DNA of 54,822 nt, from IMG/VR virus record IMGVR_UViG_2703718791_000011. One strand, written 5' to 3'. Positions 30,507 through 44,025 of the stretch are shown here, piece after piece. Made by a program: the position numbers and the translations under genes. The notes under the pieces are model-generated. The model saw nothing but the letters and a program-made list of their open reading frames with translations, did not search any database and was not told the origin of the DNA. The stretch is from a virus (taxonomy: Duplodnaviria > Heunggongvirae > Uroviricota > Caudoviricetes). Every line of letters starts with the position of its first letter. Position 1 is the first letter of the stretch.

Positions 30507-30596
30507 TTAATTACGTCAGTAGCCAATAGAGATTTTTGTTGTGGAACAAAAATATATATTTTACAATCTAGTAACTTTGGGTGGAGGATTATTACA

Positions 30597-31637
30597 ATGA
30601 TGAATATTAAGCCGCTGAAAATTAGGAACAAGGTCATGAAGCCTCATAAAGCATCATTAAACCCTGACCTAACCGCAAGGAATGTACTTACATACAGTCA
30701 TTGGGATTTTGTCGAACTCTGGTTAAAGCGAAACGAAAAAGATGAGGCTCTTTTTTATTGGGAGCAAGCAAAAGTATTTAATCAGGCGGCCAATGGTTTA
30801 CCCAACCAATCAGCCCCACTTTTGCACTATTATTCATTCATGAATGCAGTAAAGGCGTTACTTTCATCTCGCAATATAAACTTCAAACAGCATCATGGTG
30901 TTGCTAGGGGTGAAAATGCAGCCCAAATTGATAACTTATCTGATATAAAAGTAAAAATAAAAAATGAGGGTATACTTCCGTCTTTTTCAAAATATATTGA
31001 CGGCACCTCTCATGAGGGGGTGTACAATATAAAAAACCTTTTTTCTGGATTGCCATATATTCATCGTACATATTGCCTTACTTATGATGTAACTGATGAT
31101 ATATTTATTCCACTGATCGATGCTGAGTTCGTTTTGAATGAGTCAGACAATAGCCTGTTTTTCACTGCGATTTTATCCAAGGATTTTCGGTTCGACACAG
31201 TTTTCGACATTCTACCGCCAGCGTTCGAATTGTTTGAAAGAGAAAAGTACAAAATAAAATCAGTAGAATCATTACTTGATTTTAATGAAAATCAATCGTC
31301 CAACATGCCGCAATTAACTGAATTTCATCAAAAAATAAGAAGAAATCTTTACTATATCAATGGCGCAGAGACTCTTTGGTATCTCAAACGTAAAAACAAT
31401 CAATCTGAGCATACTTCTGTTTCAATATCGCCATTGGTTATAACCCTAGCAGCTATGCATCGATTAAGTGAGCTATGTCGGTATGACCCACTTAAGCTAA
31501 GACAGTTACTAAATGAAAAAGAAAACTGGATTATTGCTGAATTTATTCAACAATCTCCGTCACAGTTTATAGATGCAATTTCATCTGAAATTACTGGACA
31601 CCAATTTCTTATCCCAAACGTAAGGTCTGCTTCTTAA
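30597..31637 (+). CDS. Cargo gene A: uncharacterised 346-aa protein, low-GC, first gene of a two-gene cassette
   Basis: ORF track; GGTGGAGG RBS; no motif I can assign with confidence (one Rx6H-like stretch SRNINFKQHH). Confidence 0.6.
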   Translation: MMNIKPLKIRNKVMKPHKASLNPDLTARNVLTYSHWDFVELWLKRNEKDEALFYWEQAKVFNQAANGLPNQSAPLLHYYSFMNAVKALLSSRNINFKQHHGVARGENAAQIDNLSDIKVKIKNEGILPSFSKYIDGTSHEGVYNIKNLFSGLPYIHRTYCLTYDVTDDIFIPLIDAEFVLNESDNSLFFTAILSKDFRFDTVFDILPPAFELFEREKYKIKSVESLLDFNENQSSNMPQLTEFHQKIRRNLYYINGAETLWYLKRKNNQSEHTSVSISPLVITLAAMHRLSELCRYDPLKLRQLLNEKENWIIAEFIQQSPSQFIDAISSEITGHQFLIPNVRSAS

Positions 31638-32146
31638 TGAATATATATATCGCATGCGCTTTAACTCATGTTCCAAGGGAAATTTTCCATGAGTACAGTA
31701 ATTGGATTCACAGCCTTGCAAAAGGTTTATCTCAAAATAACAACGTAAAATATGCTTTGATAAATAGTGACCCAGAATTATCAAAGCGCCCTGAAAGTAA
31801 CAAATCTAGACTTTGTTACATTTGGGACAGAGATATGGTTGAGAAATCTGATGTAATAATTGCAGAATGTAGTTTTCCATCAACAGGGCTAGGAATAGAG
31901 TTGCAGATTGCTGAACAGAAGAACATTCCTGTAATCATCTGTTATAAAGATTATGGGATAAATAAAACTAAAACCATTGAATACGTGAATCCAGATGAGA
32001 CTACCCATAATCTACAAGTTGGCGAGGGTTTCATTTCTCATATGGTATTAGGACTACCAAACATCCTTGATGTCATATTATGTAAAGATATTGATAACAC
32101 ATGCAGGAAGCTAAAAATACTGTTAGATATGATTAACCATAATTAA
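31637..32146 (+). CDS. Cargo gene B: 169-aa protein with nucleoside 2-deoxyribosyltransferase / DNPH1 / TIR-like flavodoxin-fold signature
   Basis: N-terminal MNIYIACALTH and core DVIIAECSFPSTGLGIELQIAEQKNIPVI resemble the NDT-family pattern with a conserved Glu; start overlaps the stop of gene A (TAATG). Confidence 0.55.
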   Translation: MNIYIACALTHVPREIFHEYSNWIHSLAKGLSQNNNVKYALINSDPELSKRPESNKSRLCYIWDRDMVEKSDVIIAECSFPSTGLGIELQIAEQKNIPVIICYKDYGINKTKTIEYVNPDETTHNLQVGEGFISHMVLGLPNILDVILCKDIDNTCRKLKILLDMINHN

Positions 32147-32164
32147 AAATTAACACCCACTTAA

Positions 32165-32200
32165 GATGTCTAAACCAGCCCGGTATTAACCGGGCTAGAC
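32165..32200. terminator. Imperfect palindrome (AGCCCGG-TATTAA-CCGGGCT) between the convergent cargo cassette and lxc/ulx
   Basis: Inverted repeat seen directly. Confidence 0.4.
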
Positions 32201-32204
32201 AAAC

Positions 32205-32453
32205 TTAATCAGCATTCAGGAGCAATGCATTATCTATGATGATTTGCTCCCATTCTTCGAATGCCCGGTCGCGGACGCCCTGGGGAACGCTGTTAGTTTT
32301 GAAATCGACGACCGTACGCCATTTCCCGTCCGGGCGGTACATGCGCAGAGCTTTACTTCCCCCTTCCCTGCGCACCTCAACGTTATGCTTATCAGCAAAC
32401 TCTTGTAATGCTCGTAGCGTCCCATGCTTTACTGTGTAGTATCGCTTTTTCAA
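32205..32453 (-). CDS. Small protein downstream of darB (P1 lxc position)
   Basis: ORF track; synteny. Confidence 0.45.
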   Translation of the reverse strand: MKKRYYTVKHGTLRALQEFADKHNVEVRREGGSKALRMYRPDGKWRTVVDFKTNSVPQGVRDRAFEEWEQIIIDNALLLNAD

Positions 32454-32890
32454 GTTTTCTCTCCAGCCTGTGCCAAGGCTTCAACTTCCAAATCGTAAGA
32501 CTCAAACTCATAGTCCTGGTCGTCAACTTCTTCAGGCACTGGCAGTAAATGCCAGGCTGAGTATATCTGACCATTATCAAAACGCTCCTGGCTGTAGAGC
32601 GTCGCGGCTATGAGTGTTAGCGCCGGGCGGTCATAACGGTAAATTTTGCGAACGTCACGGTCAACGAGACGACCGAAATTACCATAACCGCGCTCCAGTA
32701 ATAATTTTTTAATTTCCGGCCAGTATGGACCATAGCTGCGGTACAGGCGGGGATTTTTCAGTAATCGCCCGCGTAGCCCTGACAGGAAGAAATCAACGTA
32801 TTCGTCTTCTGTCTTTCCTAACAACGCTGTACGGAGTACCGCCTCAAGATATGTTTTATTCGGTTTTATTGTATCAGATAGTGTGGCCAT
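32450..32890 (-). CDS. Protein downstream of darB (P1 ulx position)
   Basis: ORF track; overlaps the downstream gene by 4 nt. Confidence 0.45.
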   Translation of the reverse strand: MATLSDTIKPNKTYLEAVLRTALLGKTEDEYVDFFLSGLRGRLLKNPRLYRSYGPYWPEIKKLLLERGYGNFGRLVDRDVRKIYRYDRPALTLIAATLYSQERFDNGQIYSAWHLLPVPEEVDDQDYEFESYDLEVEALAQAGEKT

Positions 32891-32923
32891 ATTATGCGAC
32901 GCCCGGCGAACCGGGCGCTCCTG

Positions 32924-35900
32924 TTATGCGTATTGTTGGATGACGGCCAGAACGTCCGCCACGTTGTGTTTTGTCTCGATAATCCACCAGTTACCCGGGA
33001 AATCGCTGTTCTTCGCCTTCGCTGGCAGCCAGCGAGCGCCGAATTTCGCCTTGATTGCGTCTTTCGCACGGAAAAGAACGCCTTTCATGCCTGAGGCTTC
33101 CTGAAGCCCAAATACCTCGCCAGCGGCGAATTTTGGTGCGTACATCATCTTCAGGTCGGCGGTGGATACGCGATAATTCAGACCAAGAGACTGAGCTATG
33201 CTGGTGGCATCACCCTGTATTGATGATAACTCTTCTTGTTTCTCGTTTCTGGCGGCAATCTCTTCCTCCGTGATGTTGCCAAGGGCTAGGTTTATCCGAT
33301 CAGCGTCGGCCTGTTTCTCTTCATCGGTGCGCCCGGCAAGAACCGTGTTAATTCTCTGCAATATCTCCACATGATTCTTGCGCATGCTGAGCAATTCCGG
33401 CGTAACCTCGTTAAGATCCACCAGCCCAAGGATGGCAAGGTCGGAAAACATTGATACCAGGTTGTAGGTCATGCGATAGCTGAGTTGACCATAGGCTGAT
33501 GGCAACTTCACCGCATCCATTTGATAGGCATCCATAAATTTAGAGCCGTCGTTTACGACATCCGCTATTGCAGGTGTGATTTTCCCTGTGGTGGCGGCCT
33601 CCCTGATTGCTGTTACCCACGATTGAGTCAGCGCGGCGACTGCATGATTCAGATTGGCTTCCCGTTCTGCTGCGATGCGCGCGCTTGCTGCGTCCATTGC
33701 CTGCTTGATCTCGGCTTTATTGCTGTAAATGCCAATGGTGCCAAACTGTGCTGTGGTGATCTCATAATCTGACGCCCGGAACTCATTGGTACCGAAAATG
33801 GCATTGGTGACTTCAAGTTCAGAATCCCCGTTACGAGTAGCCCCCTGGCTTGTTTTTTCCGGCATTCTGGCGATCGCATCCGCTATTTTCTCCTGAATTG
33901 CTTCAGGGGATAGCGTATCTCCGTATGACGCGATTACATCGCCATAATTGGAGCCAAACAGTTCAACCAGGAATGTTTCTGCCGAACGGATCTGGCGGTT
34001 ATTCCCTTCCGACATCATACCAAGCACCCATTTTGCAATTGACGACTTCAGCGCGCCGTCACGGCGATCCGGGTAAACCGCATGCTTCAGTGGGTCCGTA
34101 TAGGTACCAACAAAATCGATGCTATAGCCTGACTCTGTAGTCTGAACGCCGTATGAGTCAGTGATTTTGATCATGCCGCGCTGCTGGAAACGGTAGAAAT
34201 CGTCACAGGAAATGATGTCGTTAATCCCGGCGATGGAGACGCCACCACTGATTTTCTGCATAACAGCATCTTCATCGGGAGTTACATCAACCTGTTTATC
34301 CAGCGTCTTCACATCCCAGTTACCCGATTTGGTGCCTTTGAAGGTAAAGATGATCTCCACGTCTGCGCGCTGGCTGTCGAAGTCCAGCGACTTAATGCGA
34401 ACGATATCACCGGCACAATCATAGTATTGGCCTACACGCCATGAGCGATCGCCGATAACAAGGAACTCATTCGCATGGTTAACCAGATCAGGATCAACAT
34501 CCAGAATGCCTTTATTTATTGCATCCTCCACCAGCGGGCGCAGGCGTTTGATATCCGTCGCGGCCTTCTGAGTACGGTTCAATAATTTCTCATAGCGGGA
34601 GATGGCCTGAGAGATATTAGCCTTGCGCTGAATGGCGCTTTTCAACGACGCGCGATACTGTGCTAACAACGTACGGTCTGTGTGATGGACGCTACCCCAG
34701 CGGGCTTTCCAGTCTGCGTTATCAGCTGCTTTGGCCATTACCGCCTGTTTGAATTTGGCGACGTCGGCGGTGGTCTTTTCAAGTTCCGCTTTGCTTCGCT
34801 CTAATTCAGCGGTAAGCACCTCCACATCCTCACCAGCTGCGTGCTGCGCCTTGATGTAGTTCTGAAGGTCGATAGTAGCCTGTTCTTTCTGGCGAGCGCG
34901 TTGCGCGGCTTTCGCCTTATCCATTTGAACCTGCATCATTGCCAGACGTTCGCCATCATCCTTAGCGGTATACATCTGCATTTCGATCATATCGTTGGCG
35001 TCGGCGTTCTCCATTTCTGACTTATCTGAACGGAGGATATCGGAGATCCAGCCTGCTTTACGCTTCAGCGTCTTCAGTCGGTATTCATCGAAAGAACCCT
35101 TGCCGCAGTAGTAGTGAACGCGAACGCTTGCACGGTTGGAGCCAACTCGGGCACCGCGACCGTTTCGTTGCGCAATACTGGCTGGAGTCCATGGCAACGT
35201 CAGATGATGGATGTCAGTCGTTCCTCGATGCAGGTTGATACCCACCTCTGCCTTTTTGTTGCAGATGATGATCGGAGTCCGGCCCTCCTGGAAGTCGGCT
35301 GCAATCTTTTCCAGACCGCCCAACGACATTTCATTTTGCTGCGCGATATAGGCGTCATACAGAGCCATTTGCTCGTTGTATTTCGCTATCTGTGCATCTG
35401 TTGGTTCATCCGGTAACTCTTTCGGCGGTTTAACCGCTTTCAGTTTCTTACCGGTTTTACCTGCCTCGGCAACCGTCTGAGCATTCAGTATCCCCACCTT
35501 TGAAGGTTCAAGGTTAAGAGCATTGCAGATAATGCGCTTGAGCTTCTGGTGCTGCGTTTTTTCATCGGTGAAGATGATTTGCTTCCCTTCCGGGAAAAAC
35601 TCCTTCAGCGTGGCAATCAGCTTCGCGTATTTGGGCGTAACGGGGTGAGTTACGGTCTGTTCGTCAATGCCAAACCTGGCCAGGCGCTTATTCACTTCCT
35701 GCTCGAACGCTTCCGGAACCTGCAACTGAATAAACTCGCCCTTATCTATCAGGGAGTATTGCGATTGCTGCGTGATTGAATCATCACTGTCGTCGTCTTC
35801 GCTGGTGGCTTGTTTAGGCAAACTGTCTGCCAGCTGCTGCACCGCATCGGCGTACTCCGGCAGGAAACGATAGGTGATCCGGCGATAGTACAGGTCCATG

Positions 35901-38900
35901 TCAGTACATACGCGGTCCATATCCCTGATTATTGAGAAGATCGGACGGGCTTTCTCGTGCTCAATCACGCCGTCTTCATTGACCGAGGTCGTTACACCAT
36001 TGTTGGCTTTGGCCGCCGCTTCCGCCTGCTGACGCAATTCTTCATACGCCGCCAGTTGTTCTTCAGTAAGTGGTGCATCCTGCTGGTGTTCGTCCAGTTC
36101 CGGGATCTCCACGGTATCCTTAACGTCTTCCGCTGTTTTAAGCGTTGTCCAGCGATGGAATATGCCGCGCAGCGCATCAAGGTTTTCAAAACCCACCAGC
36201 GCCATTTTTTCTTCAACTTCGCCGCTGATTTTCTGTACCGTTTCCAGCCTGGTCTTGCCGAAGAATTTTACGAAGTCATCAGGACTGTAGATCCCCATCT
36301 TCTGCCAGTATTCCTTCGGCAGAACATGAGAAAGCATGTTGTATGCATCGATCGGGGTGTTAACGACTGGTGTTGCAGTCAGGAGAACCGGTCCGCGCCC
36401 GCCATTCTTTTTCATCAAGTACGCGTTTTTGATTGCCATATCTCGCGCCGATTGCGCCACCGCGCTGGTGGGCAGATAGGCCAGCTGTGACGCTTCGCGA
36501 CCATTTTTATAGCTATTGCGGTAGTTGTGGCCTTCGTCAGCAATCACGCTGTCGAAGCCCATATCCTCAAAGTACGGATACTTCTCTGCTTTTTCGGTAC
36601 CGGTATCTGAATACTCCGACAATACCCGGCGACGCGCCGCCTCTTTGCGGTGGGAGTCGGAGTCCATTGCGCTGGCTACGCGCCCGGCGGCAACGAAGTC
36701 ATAAAGCATGTCTTGTGCATGCTCATCTACGGTGTCATCACGTAGCGGAATGCGGGCGTATTGTTCTTTGGTAAACACGACTGCACGGTAATTTGAGTGC
36801 GGGATCGCGTTCATCCGCGCCGTGATAGTGGCTTCATCTGCCAGCTTAAGAGCATCGCGCATAACTGGAGTGCCATCAGTACCAAGAACAGGTTTACCGT
36901 TCTCATTGAGCACCGGCACCTGGCGAATCTGATCGCCATCCATCAGCACATCAAGACCGACGAACAAGTAGTTACTGAATGCCTCTTCACTCAGGAATTC
37001 TTTTGCTTCGTAATACCAATTTTCCAGCACTGATTTAGGCACTACATACGCAGTACGGGTGGAGCGACCGTTCTCATAGTTGAACGCCTCAAGCGCCAGC
37101 GCGGTCGTGGTTTTACCCAGCCCGGTGCCGAAGCCTAGGATGCCGCGCCCATCTTCGGACAGTCGGCGCACCTCGCTATTCTGGTAATCAAATGGCTGGC
37201 GCTTACCGCTTAATCCCTTCAACCCAAGCGGATCGCCAGAGTGTTCATACGGGATATTGCTATTGAACACATCGTTGTATTTGGCAACCAGCTCATCGTA
37301 GCGATCGTGCGTCTTGATCCACTTATTGAACTGGTCCTCAAGCAGTGCCATCTGCTCGCGGTAGCCGTTCGCCGTCGCGCTATCTTTGCCACCGATACGC
37401 GCACCATTGAGATACTTTTCCAGCTGTGCCGGGAACCCGGTCGCGTTTTCACCTGATTTACGGTCCCACTCGTAGCGAATCTCACCTGTTTCTTTATCCT
37501 TGCGCTGGACGACACCGTATCGGTGCCCGACGAACAGACCATCACCACCGTGATAGGTGTCAGAAACCATTTCGTCGCCTTCCAGCTGCACTGACTGCAC
37601 ATAGCGCAGATCCGGATAGCCGTTTTCCTGCAAAAATTCCAGAATGACGGAACGGTCGAACCAACGGCTATTGAGCTTAAACCGGATATTCTCTGCTGGC
37701 GTCTTGATGCGCTTCTCTTCGATAGCTGCCAGCTGATTAAGGACGTTGTTCTTTACTGGACCGTCGGGGAGTGTGGCGAGGAATTCCTGTTTTGGAGCCA
37801 CTATCTCGTTAATGTCGCCGCTGGTGGCGCGGGCGAACGGAACAATCCCGCCATACGGTGAAACCGCAATACCAGGGGTGCTGGCCAATAAATTAAGCAA
37901 CTCTTCATCACTGGCTGGCAGTTCGCCGGTAAACGCAAGGCGGAAATCATCGAGCTGGATTGGATCGCGGGTGAGATCGCTATAGAGATAACGCAGGGTG
38001 TCCTGATAGCTGGTGGAGTCATAACTTGCGCTGGAATCATGCGTAACCAGCTTCCCTGTCAGCTCGTCAGAAATAGTGCCATCCAGCTTAATTGCACCAC
38101 GGAAAGCAAACCAGGCGCGCGCACCGCTCCCCGACAATTTCGCTATCGGACCGCGACCGGGGTTACCAAAACGGTCAATCTCTGCCTGCAAACGGGATAC
38201 CAGAGAAAGGCGCTGCTGTTCGATTTGTTCAGCACTATGCCCGGCGGCCTTCATGTCCTGATATTCAATTAACATCCGGCCAATCATCGCCCCGCGATAC
38301 AAGCGTTCACGGTATTTTTCAGGCTGGCTGTTAATCCAGTCCACCAGCTGCACCATATCGTCGCTGATTGATGTGGTGTACTTATCGCGGACATTTGCCA
38401 TCTGGGTAAATGTCATGCCGAGACGGCCTTCTGTTGTAGTCAGGTTACGCTGAAGAGCCTCCCAGCTATCCGCGCCATAACTGGCAGCATCGATCTTAAG
38501 TTCCTTCCCGGCATCAGCTTCAATCCAGCGACCACCAGCATATTTTTGCCATACGCCATTAATCAGGCGCATTTCCCCTTCACCAACAACGTCTGCGGTC
38601 GGTGACGGTTCAGCCATATCGAGCAAAGACCAGTCGATACGGCTTTCGAAACGATGAATCAGCTTCGCTTTAAGAGCCTGGTTATCAATCTGACCGTCGG
38701 CACGAACCTCAATACGCCCCTGGAAGCCCTTTTCCTGGGTGCCATGAACAAACCGGCGGCCGTCCTTTTCAAACCACTTGCCAGAAATAAACGTTGGCCA
38801 AAGCACATTTGCCGATTCGAGAGTGCTTTCATCCACCAGGGGGATTTTCTCAGCCATCTCTGCCGGATGTTTGCGCATCAGCACCACATCAACAACTGTA

Positions 38901-39691
38901 CTGGTCCCGTTTGCGTCAAAAGTACCGGTAGGCAAGCGGTGGGCACCAAGAAATTCAGCTTTCCGTGATAGGCGCAGGCGTAACCGCTTCATGTTTGAAC
39001 CTGAAACAATGGACGGCGGCACAATCACGCACATGAATCCGCCTGGCTTTATCTTGTCCAGCATGCGGAGCATGAAGTAAGAACCCATGTCCGTTTCTTC
39101 TGCGTAAGGCTTATCGATGTTGCGTGTGTTATCACGACCACCGAACGGAACGTTACCCACAACATGGTCGAATGAATCGTTAGGCGTGCTTACAGCCAGT
39201 TGTTCGAACGGAGAAATCTGTACGCTGTCTTCCGGGTGCAACAGCTGGTTTATACGACCGGAAACACTGCTGATCTCAGTCGCGGTCATCACCGTACCAA
39301 CCGGTTTTGTCTCATTAAAAACGCCGGTTCCCGCCGATGGTTCCAGAGTGTTACCTACGTCCGCGCCGTAGAGCTTCATGATCTCCCAGACACCTTCAGC
39401 GATCGGCTTTGGTGTGTAATATTCGGAGACGGACCCGCCAATGCCGCCTTCGCCGGTGTACCCAGCCAGGATCTGGCGCTGTTCATCTGTCAGTGTCGCG
39501 CCGTCCACCAGCGAATTAAGCAAATCTATCGCCTTCTGATTCGCCTCCCGGCGTAGTCGGTCATAGCTTTTGCCTTCCACCTTTTCCACGCCGTATCTAA
39601 TCGGCGCTCGGTGAGATGTTATTGCACTAATGTATTTCAATATTTCGCTGACACTTGAACAGCGAAACACCCCCATAGATAGCTTGTTCAT
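32924..39691 (-). CDS. darB: DarB antirestriction protein: N-terminal N6-adenine methyltransferase domain plus SF2 helicase domains (2255 aa)
   Basis: Length equals P1 DarB; methyltransferase motifs EPSAGTGVF and VVGNVPFGG; helicase motifs GTGLGKT and DEGH. Confidence 0.9.
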   Translation of the reverse strand: MNKLSMGVFRCSSVSEILKYISAITSHRAPIRYGVEKVEGKSYDRLRREANQKAIDLLNSLVDGATLTDEQRQILAGYTGEGGIGGSVSEYYTPKPIAEGVWEIMKLYGADVGNTLEPSAGTGVFNETKPVGTVMTATEISSVSGRINQLLHPEDSVQISPFEQLAVSTPNDSFDHVVGNVPFGGRDNTRNIDKPYAEETDMGSYFMLRMLDKIKPGGFMCVIVPPSIVSGSNMKRLRLRLSRKAEFLGAHRLPTGTFDANGTSTVVDVVLMRKHPAEMAEKIPLVDESTLESANVLWPTFISGKWFEKDGRRFVHGTQEKGFQGRIEVRADGQIDNQALKAKLIHRFESRIDWSLLDMAEPSPTADVVGEGEMRLINGVWQKYAGGRWIEADAGKELKIDAASYGADSWEALQRNLTTTEGRLGMTFTQMANVRDKYTTSISDDMVQLVDWINSQPEKYRERLYRGAMIGRMLIEYQDMKAAGHSAEQIEQQRLSLVSRLQAEIDRFGNPGRGPIAKLSGSGARAWFAFRGAIKLDGTISDELTGKLVTHDSSASYDSTSYQDTLRYLYSDLTRDPIQLDDFRLAFTGELPASDEELLNLLASTPGIAVSPYGGIVPFARATSGDINEIVAPKQEFLATLPDGPVKNNVLNQLAAIEEKRIKTPAENIRFKLNSRWFDRSVILEFLQENGYPDLRYVQSVQLEGDEMVSDTYHGGDGLFVGHRYGVVQRKDKETGEIRYEWDRKSGENATGFPAQLEKYLNGARIGGKDSATANGYREQMALLEDQFNKWIKTHDRYDELVAKYNDVFNSNIPYEHSGDPLGLKGLSGKRQPFDYQNSEVRRLSEDGRGILGFGTGLGKTTTALALEAFNYENGRSTRTAYVVPKSVLENWYYEAKEFLSEEAFSNYLFVGLDVLMDGDQIRQVPVLNENGKPVLGTDGTPVMRDALKLADEATITARMNAIPHSNYRAVVFTKEQYARIPLRDDTVDEHAQDMLYDFVAAGRVASAMDSDSHRKEAARRRVLSEYSDTGTEKAEKYPYFEDMGFDSVIADEGHNYRNSYKNGREASQLAYLPTSAVAQSARDMAIKNAYLMKKNGGRGPVLLTATPVVNTPIDAYNMLSHVLPKEYWQKMGIYSPDDFVKFFGKTRLETVQKISGEVEEKMALVGFENLDALRGIFHRWTTLKTAEDVKDTVEIPELDEHQQDAPLTEEQLAAYEELRQQAEAAAKANNGVTTSVNEDGVIEHEKARPIFSIIRDMDRVCTDMDLYYRRITYRFLPEYADAVQQLADSLPKQATSEDDDSDDSITQQSQYSLIDKGEFIQLQVPEAFEQEVNKRLARFGIDEQTVTHPVTPKYAKLIATLKEFFPEGKQIIFTDEKTQHQKLKRIICNALNLEPSKVGILNAQTVAEAGKTGKKLKAVKPPKELPDEPTDAQIAKYNEQMALYDAYIAQQNEMSLGGLEKIAADFQEGRTPIIICNKKAEVGINLHRGTTDIHHLTLPWTPASIAQRNGRGARVGSNRASVRVHYYCGKGSFDEYRLKTLKRKAGWISDILRSDKSEMENADANDMIEMQMYTAKDDGERLAMMQVQMDKAKAAQRARQKEQATIDLQNYIKAQHAAGEDVEVLTAELERSKAELEKTTADVAKFKQAVMAKAADNADWKARWGSVHHTDRTLLAQYRASLKSAIQRKANISQAISRYEKLLNRTQKAATDIKRLRPLVEDAINKGILDVDPDLVNHANEFLVIGDRSWRVGQYYDCAGDIVRIKSLDFDSQRADVEIIFTFKGTKSGNWDVKTLDKQVDVTPDEDAVMQKISGGVSIAGINDIISCDDFYRFQQRGMIKITDSYGVQTTESGYSIDFVGTYTDPLKHAVYPDRRDGALKSSIAKWVLGMMSEGNNRQIRSAETFLVELFGSNYGDVIASYGDTLSPEAIQEKIADAIARMPEKTSQGATRNGDSELEVTNAIFGTNEFRASDYEITTAQFGTIGIYSNKAEIKQAMDAASARIAAEREANLNHAVAALTQSWVTAIREAATTGKITPAIADVVNDGSKFMDAYQMDAVKLPSAYGQLSYRMTYNLVSMFSDLAILGLVDLNEVTPELLSMRKNHVEILQRINTVLAGRTDEEKQADADRINLALGNITEEEIAARNEKQEELSSIQGDATSIAQSLGLNYRVSTADLKMMYAPKFAAGEVFGLQEASGMKGVLFRAKDAIKAKFGARWLPAKAKNSDFPGNWWIIETKHNVADVLAVIQQYA

Positions 39692-39758
39692 TGGTAATCC
39701 TTAACAAGTGACTAGTGTTAAATTTCCGTTCAAACACGATGCGAATTATTCTAATTAA

Positions 39759-42489
<2,731 letters not shown>

Positions 42490-42774
42490 CCACCAAAAAT
42501 AACCCCGGCAGCTGCCGGGGTTCTCGTTAACTATTATCGCCTTCGTGCCATATATTTGCGCACCGCGCGGCGTGGACAATCTGAAGCGGTTTCTTTCTGC
42601 TGCATCAATCTCGCAGCCATGCTCAAAAATGTCAGGCACAGCCGAAGCCCGGCATACAATAGCGGTTCCAGTGGCCACGTCTCATTGAGCACATATACCG
42701 CCATGAAAATCGAGTCAAAAACTATCGCCGCCAGCGATAACTTCATTGTCGAAAGTCGGCGGAGCTGCCGGAGT

Positions 42775-43332
42775 TTATTCATTGACAAGCCCCGTCAGGC
42801 AAAGCTGGCGTTCTTTTTCACGGCGAATCTTTAAACCTCGCAGGGGCACGCCGTTACTGTTCACGAAATCAGGGAGATGGTTACACATATTCACCCATTC
42901 CCCTTTCTGCGCCCACTTGTGGATGGACGTTTCTACTCGCATGCCTCGCGCTTTGCTGTAGTAGGTCCGTAAGCTATTGCATCCCATATTGAATGCCGCG
43001 CTTGTCATTGCACTGAAGGCATTATCGGGCATGTCTTTGCCCCGGAAGTGCTGATTAATACAGCGTTCAGCGATCAGGATATTCTTTTCCCAATCAGCGG
43101 CGATTTGCTGGTCGGTTTTTCGCACACCCGGCGTTACCCCGTGTGTATTACCGATCCCGTCAGTCCATACCCCCGCCGGGCACATGTATGGATCACGTCG
43201 GCAACCTTCAGCGTTACCAATCAGCTCAAGCCCCGCCTGGTTGGTTCGCACATTGCCATTACCCATCACGATGGTAATCATCACCGCGATAGCGCAAATT
43301 GCACCGCCTCCTGCGGCTGTTTTTCCCTTCAT
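42775..43332 (-). CDS. lyz: SAR endolysin (T4-lysozyme-family muramidase with N-terminal signal-arrest-release segment)
   Basis: N-terminal hydrophobic AAGGGAICAIAVMITIVMG followed by catalytic E...D...T triad region ELIGNAEGCRRDPYMCPAGVWTDGIGNTHG; start chosen at MKGK. Confidence 0.85.
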   Translation of the reverse strand: MKGKTAAGGGAICAIAVMITIVMGNGNVRTNQAGLELIGNAEGCRRDPYMCPAGVWTDGIGNTHGVTPGVRKTDQQIAADWEKNILIAERCINQHFRGKDMPDNAFSAMTSAAFNMGCNSLRTYYSKARGMRVETSIHKWAQKGEWVNMCNHLPDFVNSNGVPLRGLKIRREKERQLCLTGLVNE

Positions 43333-43465
43333 AAAGACCTCATAAGCGAATTTTTTACGCTCCAGGACAAACACCCATTCACAGCCAATACCGACTGACT
43401 CGATCCCTTTAGAAGGCACAGGATAATGCAAATCACTTGTTAGCTACGTTTCAAAGATATACATT

Positions 43466-43482
43466 ATTGCTCTAATTAATTT
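43466..43482 (+). promoter_or_regulatory. C1 operator-like site (ATTGCTCTAATTAATTT) upstream of ssb
   Basis: Consensus match. Confidence 0.5.
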
Positions 43483-43501
43483 ATTTTATTAGGTAAGATA
43501 A

Positions 43502-43990
43502 GTGGCACAACGCGGTGTAAACAAAGTCATCCTGATTGGTACCCTGGGGCAAGACCCGGAGATCAGGTATATACCAAATGGCGGAGCGGTCGGAAGACTC
43601 AGCATCGCAACGAATGAATCATGGCGCGACAAGCAAACGGGCCAACAGAAAGAGCAAACAGAATGGCATAGAGTCGTTTTGTTCGGGAAACTTGCTGAAA
43701 TTGCGAGTGAGTATTTACGAAAAGGTTCTCAGGTCTACATCGAAGGGAAACTTAAAACCCGTAAGTGGACAGATGACGCCGGTGTAGAACGTTACACGAC
43801 GGAAATTATCGTCAGCCAGGGCGGAACTATGCAAATGATCGGCGCCCGCCGCGACGATTCACAGTCCTCAAATGGCTGGGGGCAATCAAACCAACCTCAA
43901 AACCACCAGCAATACAGCGGTGGCGGCAAACCTCAGAGCAGCGCCAATAACGAACCTCCAATGGACTTTGACGACGATATTCCGTTTTAG
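43502..43990 (+). CDS. ssb: Single-stranded DNA-binding protein (GTG start)
   Basis: OB-fold SSB N-terminus, Gly/Gln-rich linker, acidic tail DFDDDIPF. Confidence 0.92.
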   Translation: MAQRGVNKVILIGTLGQDPEIRYIPNGGAVGRLSIATNESWRDKQTGQQKEQTEWHRVVLFGKLAEIASEYLRKGSQVYIEGKLKTRKWTDDAGVERYTTEIIVSQGGTMQMIGARRDDSQSSNGWGQSNQPQNHQQYSGGGKPQSSANNEPPMDFDDDIPF

Positions 43991-44025
43991 AGTTAACTTG
44001 TGAGTTATTTGTAAATAGTTCATAC

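Noticed and set aside
32894-39556. Numerous plus-strand ORFs (60-180 aa) inside the darB coding region
   Set aside because: They lie antisense within a 2255-aa gene carrying conserved methyltransferase and helicase motifs; typical spurious ORFs in GC-rich antisense frames.
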